DNA of 64,000 nucleotides from Macrostomum lignano (lineage: Eukaryota): NCBI GenBank assembly GCA_002269645.1, contig NIVC01000225.1, positions 628,146-692,145 on the forward strand, given 5' to 3'. Below the pieces are notes generated by a model. The model did no database searches. It worked only from the letters and a program-made list of their open reading frames with translations, and was not told where the DNA came from. Positions 1 through 11,207 of the stretch are shown here, piece after piece (the stretch's first letter is position 1; every line of letters begins with the position of its first letter). The position numbers and the translations under genes were made by a program.

Positions 1-1985
1 TCACCACCTCGTTCGGCCTCCTCGGGGTCTTGCGAATGCCGTTCGGCCTCAAAAACGTCAACCAGGCCTTCCAGACTTCGTTTTCGCCTACATCAACGAC
101 TTCTTGGTCGCTAGCCGCAGCCCGCAGCAGCACATGGTGCACCTGCGGACGCTGTTCCAGCGCCTGGCCGAGAACGGCCTTATCGTCAACCCGGCCAAGT
201 GCGAGTTCGGCCGCAGCGAGATCGACTTCCTCGGCCACCGGATCAGCGCCCAGGGGGCCGTGCCGCTGCCCGCCAAAGTCGACGCCATCGCCATGTTCGC
301 ACCACCAGCCACCGTCAAGAGCCGCCGGCATGGTGAATTTCTACCACCGCTTCGTGCCGCGCGCCGCCCAGCTGCTGCGCCCCATCCATGCGGCCATGGC
401 CGGCAAAGAGAAGTTCGTCCGGTGGACGCCCAAGCTGACCGCCGCTTTCGACGGAGCGAAGCGGGCGCTGGCCTCCGCCGCCATGCTGGCGCACCCGCGG
501 CCATACGACGCCTCCGATACCGCAGTCGGCGCGGCGCTCGAGCAGCGGGTTGGTAGCCTTGTTCGCCCTGTACCTGGCGGTCCGGCACTTTCACTATTTT
601 CTCGAGGGCCGCGCGTTTACCGCTTTCACGGACCACAAGCCACTGGTCGCCGCCATGTCCAAGACGTCTGACCCGTTGTCCGCCAGACAGCAGCGCCACC
701 TGGCTTACGTGTCCGAGTTCACCACGGACATCCAGCACGTGGCGGGCAAGGATAACTCGGTCGCAGACGCGCTGTCCCGCTGCACGGTCTCTTCGGTGCA
801 GCCCCGGCTACTCCCCGGCGTGGATTTCGCGGCAATGGCGCAGGCGCAGGCCAGTCAGGCCGACGCCAGCCTTCAACTTGACCCGCTGCAGCTCAGCCCC
901 AGTGTCGCCCTGCGTTGCGACATCTCCACGGTCCGGCCGCGCCCGTTGGTGCCGCCGAATTTCCGACGCTCCGTTTTTGACGCTTCCACAGTCTCGCCCA
1001 CCTGTCCGTCCGCAGCACGAGGCGCCTCGTGGCCGTCAAGTTCGTGTGGGCCGGCATGAGCAAGGACGTCAGCCGCTGGGCTCGGACCAGTGTCGCCTCC
1101 GCTGGCCAAGGTACAGCGGCACGTCGCCGCCCCGGTTGGCAACATCCGCGTTCCGGACCAGCGCTTCGCCCACGTGCACGTCGACCTGGTGAGGCTGCTG
1201 TCGCCTTCGCAAGGCTTCACGCACCTGCTGACCATCGTGGACCGTTTCACCCGGTGGCCGGAGGCGATCCCGATGACTGACACCTCCGCGGCCGCGTGCG
1301 CCTCCGCCTTCATCGCTGATTGGATCGCCAGGTTCGGCGTTGCCGAGCGCTATCACATCGGATCGCGGCTCGCAGTTCACGTCGCAGCTGTGGTCCAACG
1401 TCTCACGACTCCTCGGAATGCAGCTCCACCGGACAACGGCTTTCCATCCGCAGGCGAACAGGCTGATCGAACGATTCCACCGGCAGCTGAAGGCCTCCCT
1501 CATGGCGCGACTGGCCGCACCAGACTGGGTCAGCGAGCTGCCCTGGGTGCTGCTCGGCATCCGGACGGCCCCCGAGGAGGACCTGCCGGCATCGTCGGCC
1601 GAGCTGGTCTACGGTGCGCCCCTCTACGTGCCCGGCGAGTGCCTGCAGCCCAGCCCGCTGGCCGTCGAACACGACCAGTTCCTCGCCCGGCTCCGCGGTG
1701 CCGTCCAGGCATTCCGGCCGACGCCGACGTCCCGTCACAGCAGCCGCCCCACCGCCTGGCCCGCCGCCCTCGACGCCTGCCAGTTCATCTTCATCCGGCG
1801 CGATGGCCACCGCCCCCCGCTGCAGCGACCTTACGACGGCCCGTTCAAGGTCCTCGAGCGGGACACCAAAGCTTTAATTCCTGCTGGATTTGGGCACTCG
1901 CCGCGACTGGGTGTCAGTGGAGAGGCTGAAGCCAGCCGTCATCGACGCGAACGACCCTGTACCGACGCTGGCTCTGCGACCGAGA
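1..1985 (+). mobile_element. Degenerate Ty3/Gypsy LTR-retrotransposon pol (RT, RNase H, integrase), 5' end outside window
   Basis: RT motifs RMPFGLKN and DFVFAYINDFLVAS (YxDD changed to YIND). RNase H motifs DASDTAVGAALEQ, TDHKPL, HVAGKDNSVADALSR. Integrase core HVHVDLV...IVDRFTRWPEAIP...ITSDRGSQF...HPQANRLIERFHRQLK and a GPY/F motif (PYDGPFKVL). Split over several frames by indels, in the RT-RH-IN order typical of Gypsy. Confidence 0.93.
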
Positions 1986-2918
1986 GTATTGGGAACATAT
2001 AGTGTATTTTTGTGTATTGATTATTATTTAATCACTAGTTGTAATAAATTTAGGTATGTATATTTACAATTGATTATTACTTTTTTTACCGTATGATTCC
2101 AAGAATTCGTTTGGTATTTAAACCGCGGGTAGAATTCAATTTTGTACTTCTTTTTTCCCGTCGTTTCGCGCCGCCTCCTGATTGCTCCAAGTCGTATTTC
2201 TATTAGTCAGTCATAATCTTTATTCCTTTAGTTCAAGCAATTTAGATATATAGAATATCAAAGTATCAAATCGTTAAATAAAAATAAATATTACTCGTAA
2301 ATAATTAGCCGTCTGAACGTGAACTAATAAACCGCTACACCAAAGCTTTTTGCATATATGGTAGATTTGTGCAGTGTATGGTTTTGTAGGTAGACAAAGA
2401 TTAATTTTTCACGAGTGGCGAAGCCACGAGAGTGACTGAAATTAATCATTGACAAAACCATATATTCACAAGCACATTGTCTCATGAATGTATTTTTAGT
2501 GGCTTTGAATAACATATGGTTTTGAAACGTTGAATATGAGCGTACAGTAAACTACACATGTATGTATTTTTTCAAAAACCTATAATTTCACATCATACAT
2601 ATACTTCTTCAGCTAGCCAACTGCCCAAAATCTTTTAATTTCATGGTTGCTCTGCAGACCCCTTTTGGCCATAGACAAAGAAAATAAAAGTGTTCAACAG
2701 CTTGATTCTCACACCCTAGGGGTTAAACTGCTTGCTCCTTGGGCTCAATTTGGTTTGGAAAGTGCATGCAAATGCAATATTTGCTACAATTTATTGATCT
2801 ATCGTCTTTTTCTACAAAAGAATCCGTGGAAAATATGTTATACTCGTATTTTCACTGGTCTGGAGTTGACACTTCGATAACAATTTCTTAACAGATTATT
2901 ATTTTGCAAATTCGGAAA

Positions 2919-2991
2919 ATGAAAACAGCGTGTCTCCATCAGGTGCTGCTGCTCCTACCGTTCGTGGAGTTAATTCTGCTGACGATTGTTG
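2919..2991 (+). CDS. Small secreted EGF-like protein, exon 1 (signal peptide)
   Basis: ATG 2919 gives MKTACLHQVLLLLPFVELILLTIV, followed by a G|GTGAG donor (phase 1) that matches the phase of the EGF exon at 4595. Confidence 0.6.
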
Positions 2992-3641
2992 GTGAGCAGG
3001 CAAATTCGATCAGTGCAGGTCCCTACTGCTTCTGAAAGCAGAGTTAACACACAAATATATGTACAGGGCACATGCACTATTTAGTCTGCAGATAGGGTGA
3101 TTTTCAGAACTATACGAGTACTATAGTCACAATATATACTACGAGAGCAGCTATACCAGTCACAAATGTACAATTCATAAGCTGAGTAACCTACCCCAAT
3201 ACTTAAAGGTTCTTGTACATTACTTTTATTACCGCCGTTAAAGCTTCTAACCATGGGTACTAATTTACTTTTAACATAATCGTTTAAAACATGCGAAACA
3301 TGAGAGACATGCGAAAAATGATCAAGCAGTGTACTTACATATGTAACGCACCTCTTATAAATAATAATTAAAAATTGTATTTATACAGCCGCTGAAGGTA
3401 CCACCGAAGCCACCATCTGGAACTAGATGAATTACCTGTGTCATCTTATGCATGAAAGTTTAGCAGTAGACAGAACTGGCAATTCGAAAATACTCTCAGT
3501 CGCGCTTTCGCGTCAGATCGGTCACATCCGGTTTTAAAAACATTGCTTCAGATAAACTCTCAAGCTGTATTATATTATAATAGGTCTGTATTGGCCCTAG
3601 CTACTTGTGAATACGAGAAATCTCAAATGGGAATCTCAAAT

Positions 3642-3793
3642 GTGACAATTGACTGCCAGTGACATTTGACTGTCAGTGACACTTGATTGTCAGTGACATT
3701 TGACTGCTAGTGACATTTGACTGTCAGTGACACTTGATTGTCAGTGACATTTGACTGTCAGTGACATTTGACTTCCAGTGAAATTTGACTGCC
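3642..3793. repeat. 17-bp tandem repeat (GTGACATTTGACTGTCA), ~8-9 copies, intronic
   Basis: Read directly from sequence. Confidence 0.9.
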
Positions 3794-4320
3794 GGCAATG
3801 TGACTCCTATAAATGGCGCAGCTGCTTCCTTATTTTGGCGCTGAAGCACTTCGTCAGGGTATGGGGGGTCGAACCTCGCAAGAAATGTCTAGATCATCCA
3901 CGCCTGCAGGGCGTCAAATCTTACCTGCGACACAAGAAAGTGCATGGTGTTACTATTTAAAATCCCGCCCGTGGGCACCGATAAGCGCCAAACTCTCTAC
4001 GTAAGCTGTGGCGCCAGTTACGGTGTTATAAGCTCGCCTGCAGCGCTAAAATCTCAATGAAGTGATAAAATGACCCCTGATGAAGGAAAGCAGTTGAACC
4101 TTTCCCAAGAGAAAGCTAATTCCGCGTCCCTGCATGTGACCCCTGGCTGACGTGAACCCTCCCGCAGACAAAAGTACATGCACAAGCACATGTCACTTTT
4201 AGAGTCTATAGTTGACGCTAAAATTGCGACATTAAAAGTTGAGATAGTGAAATTTTTCAGAAAGAGATGAAATTCACAGAGAAAGTTACAGGAGGGCTGT
4301 GTGGGCACCCTGTCGCAAAG

Positions 4321-4480
4321 GACTTGGGGGTCGCCAGGCACAGCCTCAATTACCCCAGCTAATGCTGGCACTCATTTTACAGCTGCATGGGTGAACTGAA
4401 GCAATGCAGAGTTATAAATGTCTTGCTCAAGGACACAAATTGTTCCGAGTGGGTCGATAATCGAACCCCCGACCTTTCAG
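4321..4480 (-). mobile_element. 5'-truncated tRNA-derived SINE with CORE-like central domain
   Basis: Reverse complement contains the B-box GGGGTTCGATTATC and GTGTCCTTGAGCAAGACAT...TGCTTCAGTTCACCCATGCAGCTGTAAAATGAG. Homologous to the copy at 60668. Confidence 0.75.
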
Positions 4481-4594
4481 TGTTTTTGCATAAAAATTCA
4501 GAAAATTTCTCCCTATGTGCGTAAGAAAGGCGAGAGAGATGATCGACTGAACTATACTTAACCACGCATTTGTGTGCCGTTTCGTACTTTCTAG

Positions 4595-4821
4595 CTGAAG
4601 GCCACCCGCTGGTTGACCTCCGCAAAGTGTCATGCAAGCCGTATGAGCAAATCTACTGCGCAAACGGTGGCAGCTGCACCGTGACGGTCATCTGGTCGCT
4701 GCTGTTCAGCCGAAATGTAAAGCGAATCGACCGGCCGACCTGCGAGTGTCCGATTGGCTACAGCGGCTACAACTGCGACATCCCAGAGCTGCCGCCTTAC
4801 CTACTCTCGTACTTGCATTAG
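4595..4821 (+). CDS. Small secreted EGF-like protein, exon 2 (EGF domain and stop)
   Basis: Acceptor TACTTTCTAG|CT. Six Cys spaced C-x7-C-x5-C-x21-C-x-C-x8-C (CKPYEQIYCANGGSC...CECPIGYSGYNC). TAG at 4819-4821 and AATAAA at ~4916. Confidence 0.75.
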
Positions 4822-5205
4822 ACAGAGTTGCAATGTGGAATTAAATCGATTATTAGTGATATAAATAGAGTAGGCGACTATGTACGTGTTTCAAAGTTGG
4901 CCTTTCTTTTTGAGAAATAAAAAACTGTTTCAAATTCTGCTTTTACGATTTGTCAATACTGCTGTCGTTTGCTGTTGAAGTCGCTGATTCTTTTACGGTG
5001 GAGCGATACGTGATGCCATTTTTTTCTCGAGCTGCGGATGCTGCGGATGCTGCGAGAATTTCTCTCCTTCTCAAACCGGCCCCCTAATTTATACTTATGC
5101 AGCAACATTGAAAAGTCGCCACTCTTTGCGCCAGTGAGCAATTTCTGTTGGACTATTCTGAAATAGAAGATGCGAGAAAACTGATCGGGGCAGCTTTAAC
5201 AGTAG

Positions 5206-6484
5206 AACTACCAAGAGGGGGGAATCCCCCTGACAATGTTTTCTGTTGCGCACCTTCTCAAACAAGAATCAAGTTGCCAGCCCTCCGGACCGTCGAGATA
5301 TTCGACGATTCTGCCAGAAGGTCGGATTTTTCCCATAAGCGCTAGTGTATTCAGTACACCCCTGTGCGCCAATTAGCACTGCGCCTCAGTGCAGCCTTGC
5401 CAAGCCTCCAAATTTCATCAGCACGTCGATCACATGTGTCTGCATCAGCTGTGACTTCGTTGGTCATAGCCTTCACCCAAGCGGAGCTTCTGGACCTTCA
5501 ACAGGTGGCACCAGGTGACTATGGACAGCCTGATGCGAATTTCTCTAGTTTCGCCGATCAAGCCTCGCGACAGTGGGCAAGCCTCAACTGCTGGACATCC
5601 TCAGCTAGTCACTTAAGCATTCCGTCATCACCCCGACGCCGTCGGCTCCTTCAACAGGTGGCACCAGGGGACTTATGAAGATCCTGTTGCAACTATGTCA
5701 GATTTTTCTTATCAAGCTTTAATAATGGGCAAACTTTAACTCCTGGCCATTCTCAGCTAGACTCTCAAACGGCCATTAACACTTGACGTAATGACGTAAA
5801 CGTGATGACGTAATTAGTTAATTGAACCGGAAATTGAACCGAATTTTCCTAAGAGAAAAAAAATCAATTTTTTGTATGGACTCAAGATCAAGTAAAACTA
5901 GTGTAACTAAAATTGATAACAAATAAAAAACCATCTCTTTGGGTGTCTATAGTCCTGTTTTGTCTTCTTGAAGGTACCGAGGCGTCGGGGTGATGACGGA
6001 ATGCTTGAGAGACTAGCTGAGGATATCCAGCAGTTGAGGCTTGCCCACTGTCGAGGCTTGATCGGCGAAACTAGAGAAATTCGCATCAGGCTGTCCATAT
6101 AGTCACCTGGTGCCACCTGTTGAAGGTCCAGAAGCTCCGCTTGGGTGAAGGCTAGTAAACAACGAAGTCACTGCTGATGAAGACACATGTGATCGACGTG
6201 CTGATGAAATTTGGAGGCTTGGCAAGGCTGCACTGAGGCGCAGTGCTAATTGGCGCACAGGGGTGTACTGAATACACTAGCGCTTATGGGAAAAATCCGA
6301 CCTTCTGGCAGAATCATCGAATATCTTGACGGTCCGAAGGGCTGGCGACTTGATTCTTGTTTGAGAAGGTGCGCAACAAAAAGTTAGCCCGTGTTCTTGA
6401 CTTTCGTGTGCCTGCGTTGCTCCAATACGGCGCAGCAGAAAACATTGTCAGGGGGGGGGGGGAATTCCCCCCCTCTTGGTAGTT
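5206..6484. mobile_element. Foldback/MITE-like element with ~450-520 bp inverted arms
   Basis: 5206-5654 is the near-perfect reverse complement of 5968-6484, with a ~60-bp insertion in the right arm. The spacer is ~310 bp. No target-site duplication seen. Confidence 0.7.
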
Positions 6485-7558
6485 TGACGGGCGGAAAAAT
6501 GGCTTGGTATTCCTACCTGTTAATCCGTCCAACCCTCGCACCGCTCCCTCCACTTCATTCCTTAACTCAAGTCTGCCGCGGCGTAGCTAAGTTGCGTCAC
6601 TCGCATAGATTGAGAGACTTTACCTGCCCTCTCAAAAGTGGCGATCGCAGACAGAATCACAGCAGGTTGTACACAGCGGCCACATTCAAGCATTTCGTCG
6701 AGGTCTTTGGACGACCTTCTTCTCTAATTGGTTCGTCAGTCCAATGGAAATGGCTTCATCATGAAATACATACAGTCTTTCTCAGCAGTGGCTTCGTTGG
6801 CGCTGCATGGAGCCTCGACGAAAGATCAGGAACAGCGTTATCGCTCTTGACTACTCCTTGGAATGCAGGAATAATATGCTCGTACAGCTGGGGATCAATT
6901 TTGCTGAACACATGCTTTATGAGCTGCATAAATATGATGTATATTATTTGTGAGAATGATGAGGACGCATCTTTTTGCAATCTTAAAACCGCACATTTCG
7001 CTTCGATGCGCTTTTCCCCTACTGTCAGTAGGCTAGCTTAGGAATCTCTCTTCATTCTCTCATCCAGGCTAAGTTCTACACTAATTTATGCCATCACTAT
7101 TAATTATGATAAATACTCAATTTACTTCTCTTCTAAATATACTAAATTAGGATTCTAATTTTGGATTGTTTACGCATCTTTGAAGGTCAGACTGTCTGGG
7201 TTTAAGACGGATTGACCTCTAGCAGTCTAGACAGGCGACACTAAGTCTGGAAGGAATGGTTTCAACCCCATTCTGACCCCCAGATTTGCGGCTTTTTCAC
7301 TGTTTTCAGTGATTTATGGCCGTCTAGCTGTCACTTTTGGCTCCAGCCTGTCTGGGTCAAAGAGGTCTTTCCAGCTTTCTCCCCACTCGCTCTGTTACTT
7401 TCTCTTTTAATTTATGGGTGTTTTGCTGTCACTTTTGGTGCCAGGATGTCTAGACAAGTGACTTTTATTGTTTTGCGCATGATTTATGACCGCACCTGTC
7501 ATCTTCCCTGGGGTCTGAAGGCCACCTGGTGGGGTGGGTTTTGGGGTCTTGAGCTCAG

Positions 7559-7690
7559 CCAATCAGAGTCGACCTGACTGCCCCCGGCTCGACCAATCAG
7601 AAAATTCGGCGCCTATTTTAAAAAAGCTCTCAGCCAATCAGAAAATTCGGCGCGCGTTATAACAAATCGGCCGCATGAGAGCTATAAAAG
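7559..7690 (+). promoter_or_regulatory. Pol II promoter-like module: 3x CCAATCAG plus TATAAAAG
   Basis: CCAATCAG at 7559, 7593 and 7634, TATAAAA at 7683, in CpG-rich context. Confidence 0.55.
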
Positions 7691-9992
7691 GCGGCAACTC
7701 GACCCGCGCTCGAAAAGGCTGGCTTGGACCTCCCTTCTTGCACGGTCCTAACCCCGTCTTAGACGGCCCCTTCGGCATCTGCTGCGTCTTCGACGTCTGG
7801 TCTTCCTTCCCCCGGCAGTTCCGGCTTCAGCAGCTAAGTTCCCCCTGAGAAGCATCATCGATATTTCCCGGCAGTGATCTAAGAGCAGCAACGACAACCG
7901 GCAGGTGAAGAGTACCTGCGGCACTCATTAGTTAAGATCAGCAGCAGCATCCCATCCGAGCGCTGCGGTCTCTGTGGATTCCTTGGCTACCGGCAGTTAG
8001 GTCCTCTGATTGGTCGGGTGAGAGGCTTTCTTGACCTGCTTAAATGGGTGCGCCCTTTTTCTGACCCCTTCCTAGGTAGTCTGATAAGGATTAGCACTTT
8101 TGCTTACTTGCTTTTGTGTGCCAAACTCGAGGCAGAAGTGTCAGTCAATATTAAAAGCAGCCATTCGCTCTGACTCAATCTAAAGCGTCTAGGATTGCGG
8201 ATTAAGTGAGGAAGTCAAATCTGAAAGTTAAAGGCTTAATGTTTTCTTTCTTTTTTGCAACGCCAGCTTAGATGAGTGGCTAGATCTAGAGGCAGAGGTC
8301 ACGGTGGACCGGAAGCGGTGCAGTTCCCAGTCAATCAGTCGTTCTCAGAAATCTTGTTAAGCATGCGAATTAAGTGCCAGACTGGCGCTTTCGCGCGGTC
8401 TCAGGCAGCTAAACGGCTAAAACGAGATAAATATTAGTCAGAAGGTCTCCAAAAGTAACAATACGTCATCGCTATCTGTCGACGTGTTAACACATTTAGT
8501 GCCAAAAGCGTGCAGTTGCGTGTACTTATACATGTACTTCTGGGAATTTGGTAAAGAAAAAGTACATTTAGTAGTGTATAGAGGCTCGCCAGCGCAAGAA
8601 CCCCCTGCAGAAGTCCTCTCTGTCCCTGCATGGCCAATGCGATCTTAGTCCCAGCAGCGTCCCTTCTATTCGGCTATGACTTCGAGATTTAGACAGCTAA
8701 AAGGCACTAGATGGCAGGTAAGTGCAGTGCCCCTCTAGTCGGAAGTCCGATTTCGATAGCTCCGGTTTGGTGAGCCGTGGCGCACGGACTGGTGGCAGCG
8801 GGTTAGTTTATCTGTGGATTAGCTAATCTCTACCTTTCAAATTCTCCCTGCTTGTCTCTCGCTGTCTTCTCTTAGCTAAAGGACCTTGCTGCTCGCCCAC
8901 AATCTAGCTACCATGGGGCTGACCATCTGGCAGGAGTGAGAGGCCAGAGTTCTAAGTGATTCATTTCTGAGTTCTGAGGCCCGAAGCTATAGGCTTAAAA
9001 AGGCCGAACCCATCAAGAAAAAATGTAGAAGCTGCAGCTTTATATAAAAGTGCTTTTCGATGAAATTTGGAGACACAATATAATCTGGAATATTGTACAA
9101 ATGAAGAGTAGAATAGAAGAAATTGGACAGTTATTAAAGGTTAGTCTTTGGATCCTAAGACTGAAAAACAAACATGGCCTGGAATTTCTGATAGCTTGAT
9201 CTGTTGATTTTTTTAGAGACAATGGTGCACTACTGTATGTGTTTAACAATGTACGTCTTCACTCTTTTGAATTGGAAAGGTGATGCCTGCATAGTTGAGG
9301 CAAGCAAAGATCGTCAGTAATTTAATGATGAAGCAGCAGCTGCAACTAAGGAGAATGCACCTACCTTCAACATATTCAGCGATTGATATATAGCTTACTA
9401 TAGTATAGCACTTTGCAAGCTAGTAGAGACTACGAGCAAGCAATTTAATCCAAGATAGTAAAAAAACAATGCATTTTGAGCCTCACTGCTAGTTGTCTAT
9501 GGTAAAAAGTGTGTCGAACCGGCAGGCAATTTAATCCTTGGAGCACTCATTTAAGCACTGAAATTCATAAACAGCGCTGTCTATGCGATTCCAATCTCAG
9601 TTTTTTTAACATGTCAGACGAATGTGACCAAGCCAGCACCATTTTTGAAGACATCGACGGAATCGCTGCCGAAGATTCCGGAGCGCCACCTGTGCAATAT
9701 GCTAGGATTAGCGACGAAAAGCACATAGATTGATAATCGACGCTATCGACAGAGGCGATATCAACAGAAGCATTGCCAGCTTAGCACGTAGGCAAGAATT
9801 CGCACAGGCTGCATCGCTGGGGAGGTGATGTAACCTACTGAAGTCTAAACGGACATGTAAAAACTTTTCTGTCGTGTGTTTCTTTATATGCAGGTTTCGT
9901 TAAGTGAACTTTTTTGCTGAACTTTGTTCTACGTCGTAACTTTTTCATATGGAGCTTCCTGGTTGGTTTGGTTGGAGGCATGCATGAGATAA

Positions 9993-10290
9993 GAAGAGGA
10001 GGAAGAAGAGGTCATGGCTGTTGTCGATGGCTGTGTGCCCGAAGCTACTAAGAAGAAAGCTACTTGGATAGTCAACACGTTCATGGAATGGCACAACGAA
10101 AAGAAGACACAGTGGGCGTCTGGCGAGCAATCTGGACTGATGGTGCTTAAGGAGCTGCATGAGATGAGCAAATCGGATCTGAACTTTCTGTTAAAGTTCT
10201 TTGTAATGGAAGTACGAACGAAAGAGAAACAGAGATACTCCGTCTCGACGTTAAAGGACTTCTATTCTATGTTGATATTGTCAGTTCCAA
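9993..10290 (+). mobile_element. Crypton/DUF3504 (ZMYM-like) tyrosine-recombinase N-terminal domain remnant
   Basis: EEEEVMAVVDGCVPEATKKKATWIVNTFMEW...LHEMSKSDLNFLLKFFVMEVRTKEKQRYSVSTLKDFY fits the pattern P.NT...T.W....F.EW...L..M...ELN..L..F..EVR..DG..Y...TL as I recall it for this family. No catalytic domain follows. Confidence 0.7.
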
Positions 10291-10501
10291 ATAAATCGTT
10301 TCTTCGTCCGGGACAAATAAATGCTTCAACACTAGACCATAGACTTATTTGACCAGGACAAGTGGGGGATAAACGTACTTCTCTTAGCCCTCGATTTTAG
10401 CTTTTGTGTGCCAGCAAGAAGGATTATTCGAATTCAAAGTAGAGCCATGCATTTATATAAGCTTAAAAACTAGGGCAGCATTGTCGACTTTCAGTGTCAA
10501 T

Positions 10502-10566
10502 GCACTGCAAGGATTGACATGGTAAGCTTCAAAGCTTGCCTCGTTTATGTTGATGATTTTATTGTA
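10502..10566 (+). mobile_element. Tiny Gypsy reverse-transcriptase fragment
   Basis: ALQGLTW + 8-nt insertion + KACLVYVDDFIV (YxDD motif with typical Gypsy flanks). Confidence 0.55.
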
Positions 10567-10569
10567 CAG

Positions 10570-11207
10570 CAGGGGTTGGGAAACTTTTTTACAAACAAAG
10601 CAAGACAATTACAATCCAGCTCATTGGCTGCGGATTTGATGAAAGTGGCAATGAGACAGAATGGAAGACGAGACATGATCGAGAAGAGAAGAGATCAGGC
10701 AAGAGATGGAATGAGAGAAAAGATAGAAAATAAGATGAAGGAAGAGCGGAAAGAGGAGAATGAGGTGAGAGAGGACAGAGGTGGGAGAGGGAACGCAAGG
10801 AGAGAAAAGAGAGGGGGGAGAAGAGGGGAGAGAGGAGTGAGAATTAAAAAGAGGGGAGAGAGGGGGGAGAAAGGGAGAGAGGAGAGGGGGAAATAAGGGA
10901 AAAGGGAAACGGGAGAGAAGAGAGAGAGGAGTGGGGAGAGGGAGAGGGAGAGGGAAAGGAGAGGGGAGAGGGGAGAGAGGGGGAGAGGGGAGACGAGAGA
11001 GAAAGAAGAAGGTGAAAGTCGAAAGGGGACTGAGATCAAGGAGAAGGGGAGAGATAGGGAGAGAGGAGTGAGAAGTGAAAATAGGGGAAATAGGGGAGAG
11101 GCCGGAGAGGGGAGAGCGAAGAGTAGAGACGAGAGAGGAGGGAGAAGTGGAAAATAGAGGGGAGAGAAAGGGTGCGTGGCCCGCGGGCCGGAATTTTCCG
11201 ACCCTTG
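10570..11207. mobile_element. hAT (Charlie-type)-like non-autonomous element filled with purine-rich low-complexity DNA
   Basis: Left end CAGGGGTTGGGAAACTTTTT; right end TGGCCCGCGGGCCGGAATTTTCCGACCCTTG, giving imperfect TIRs. No 8-bp TSD. Interior ~10640-11170 is GA-rich. Confidence 0.5.

Noticed and set aside
1985-2900. 3' LTR or PPT of the Gypsy element
   Set aside because: No polypurine tract or TG...CA bounded segment is evident; the DNA is simply AT-rich.
3389-3427. Possible alternative or micro-exon (ACAG|CCGCTGAAG) in the EGF gene intron
   Set aside because: The donor is weak (GTACC) and read-through gives a stop after 12 codons; no independent support.
4076-4095. Hammerhead-ribozyme-like CTGATGA...GAAA
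   Set aside because: There is no stem II between the motifs and no flanking helices.
6391-7041. 216-aa ORF overlapping the foldback arm
   Set aside because: It starts at GTG inside a repeat arm and has no recognisable motifs or coding-like composition.
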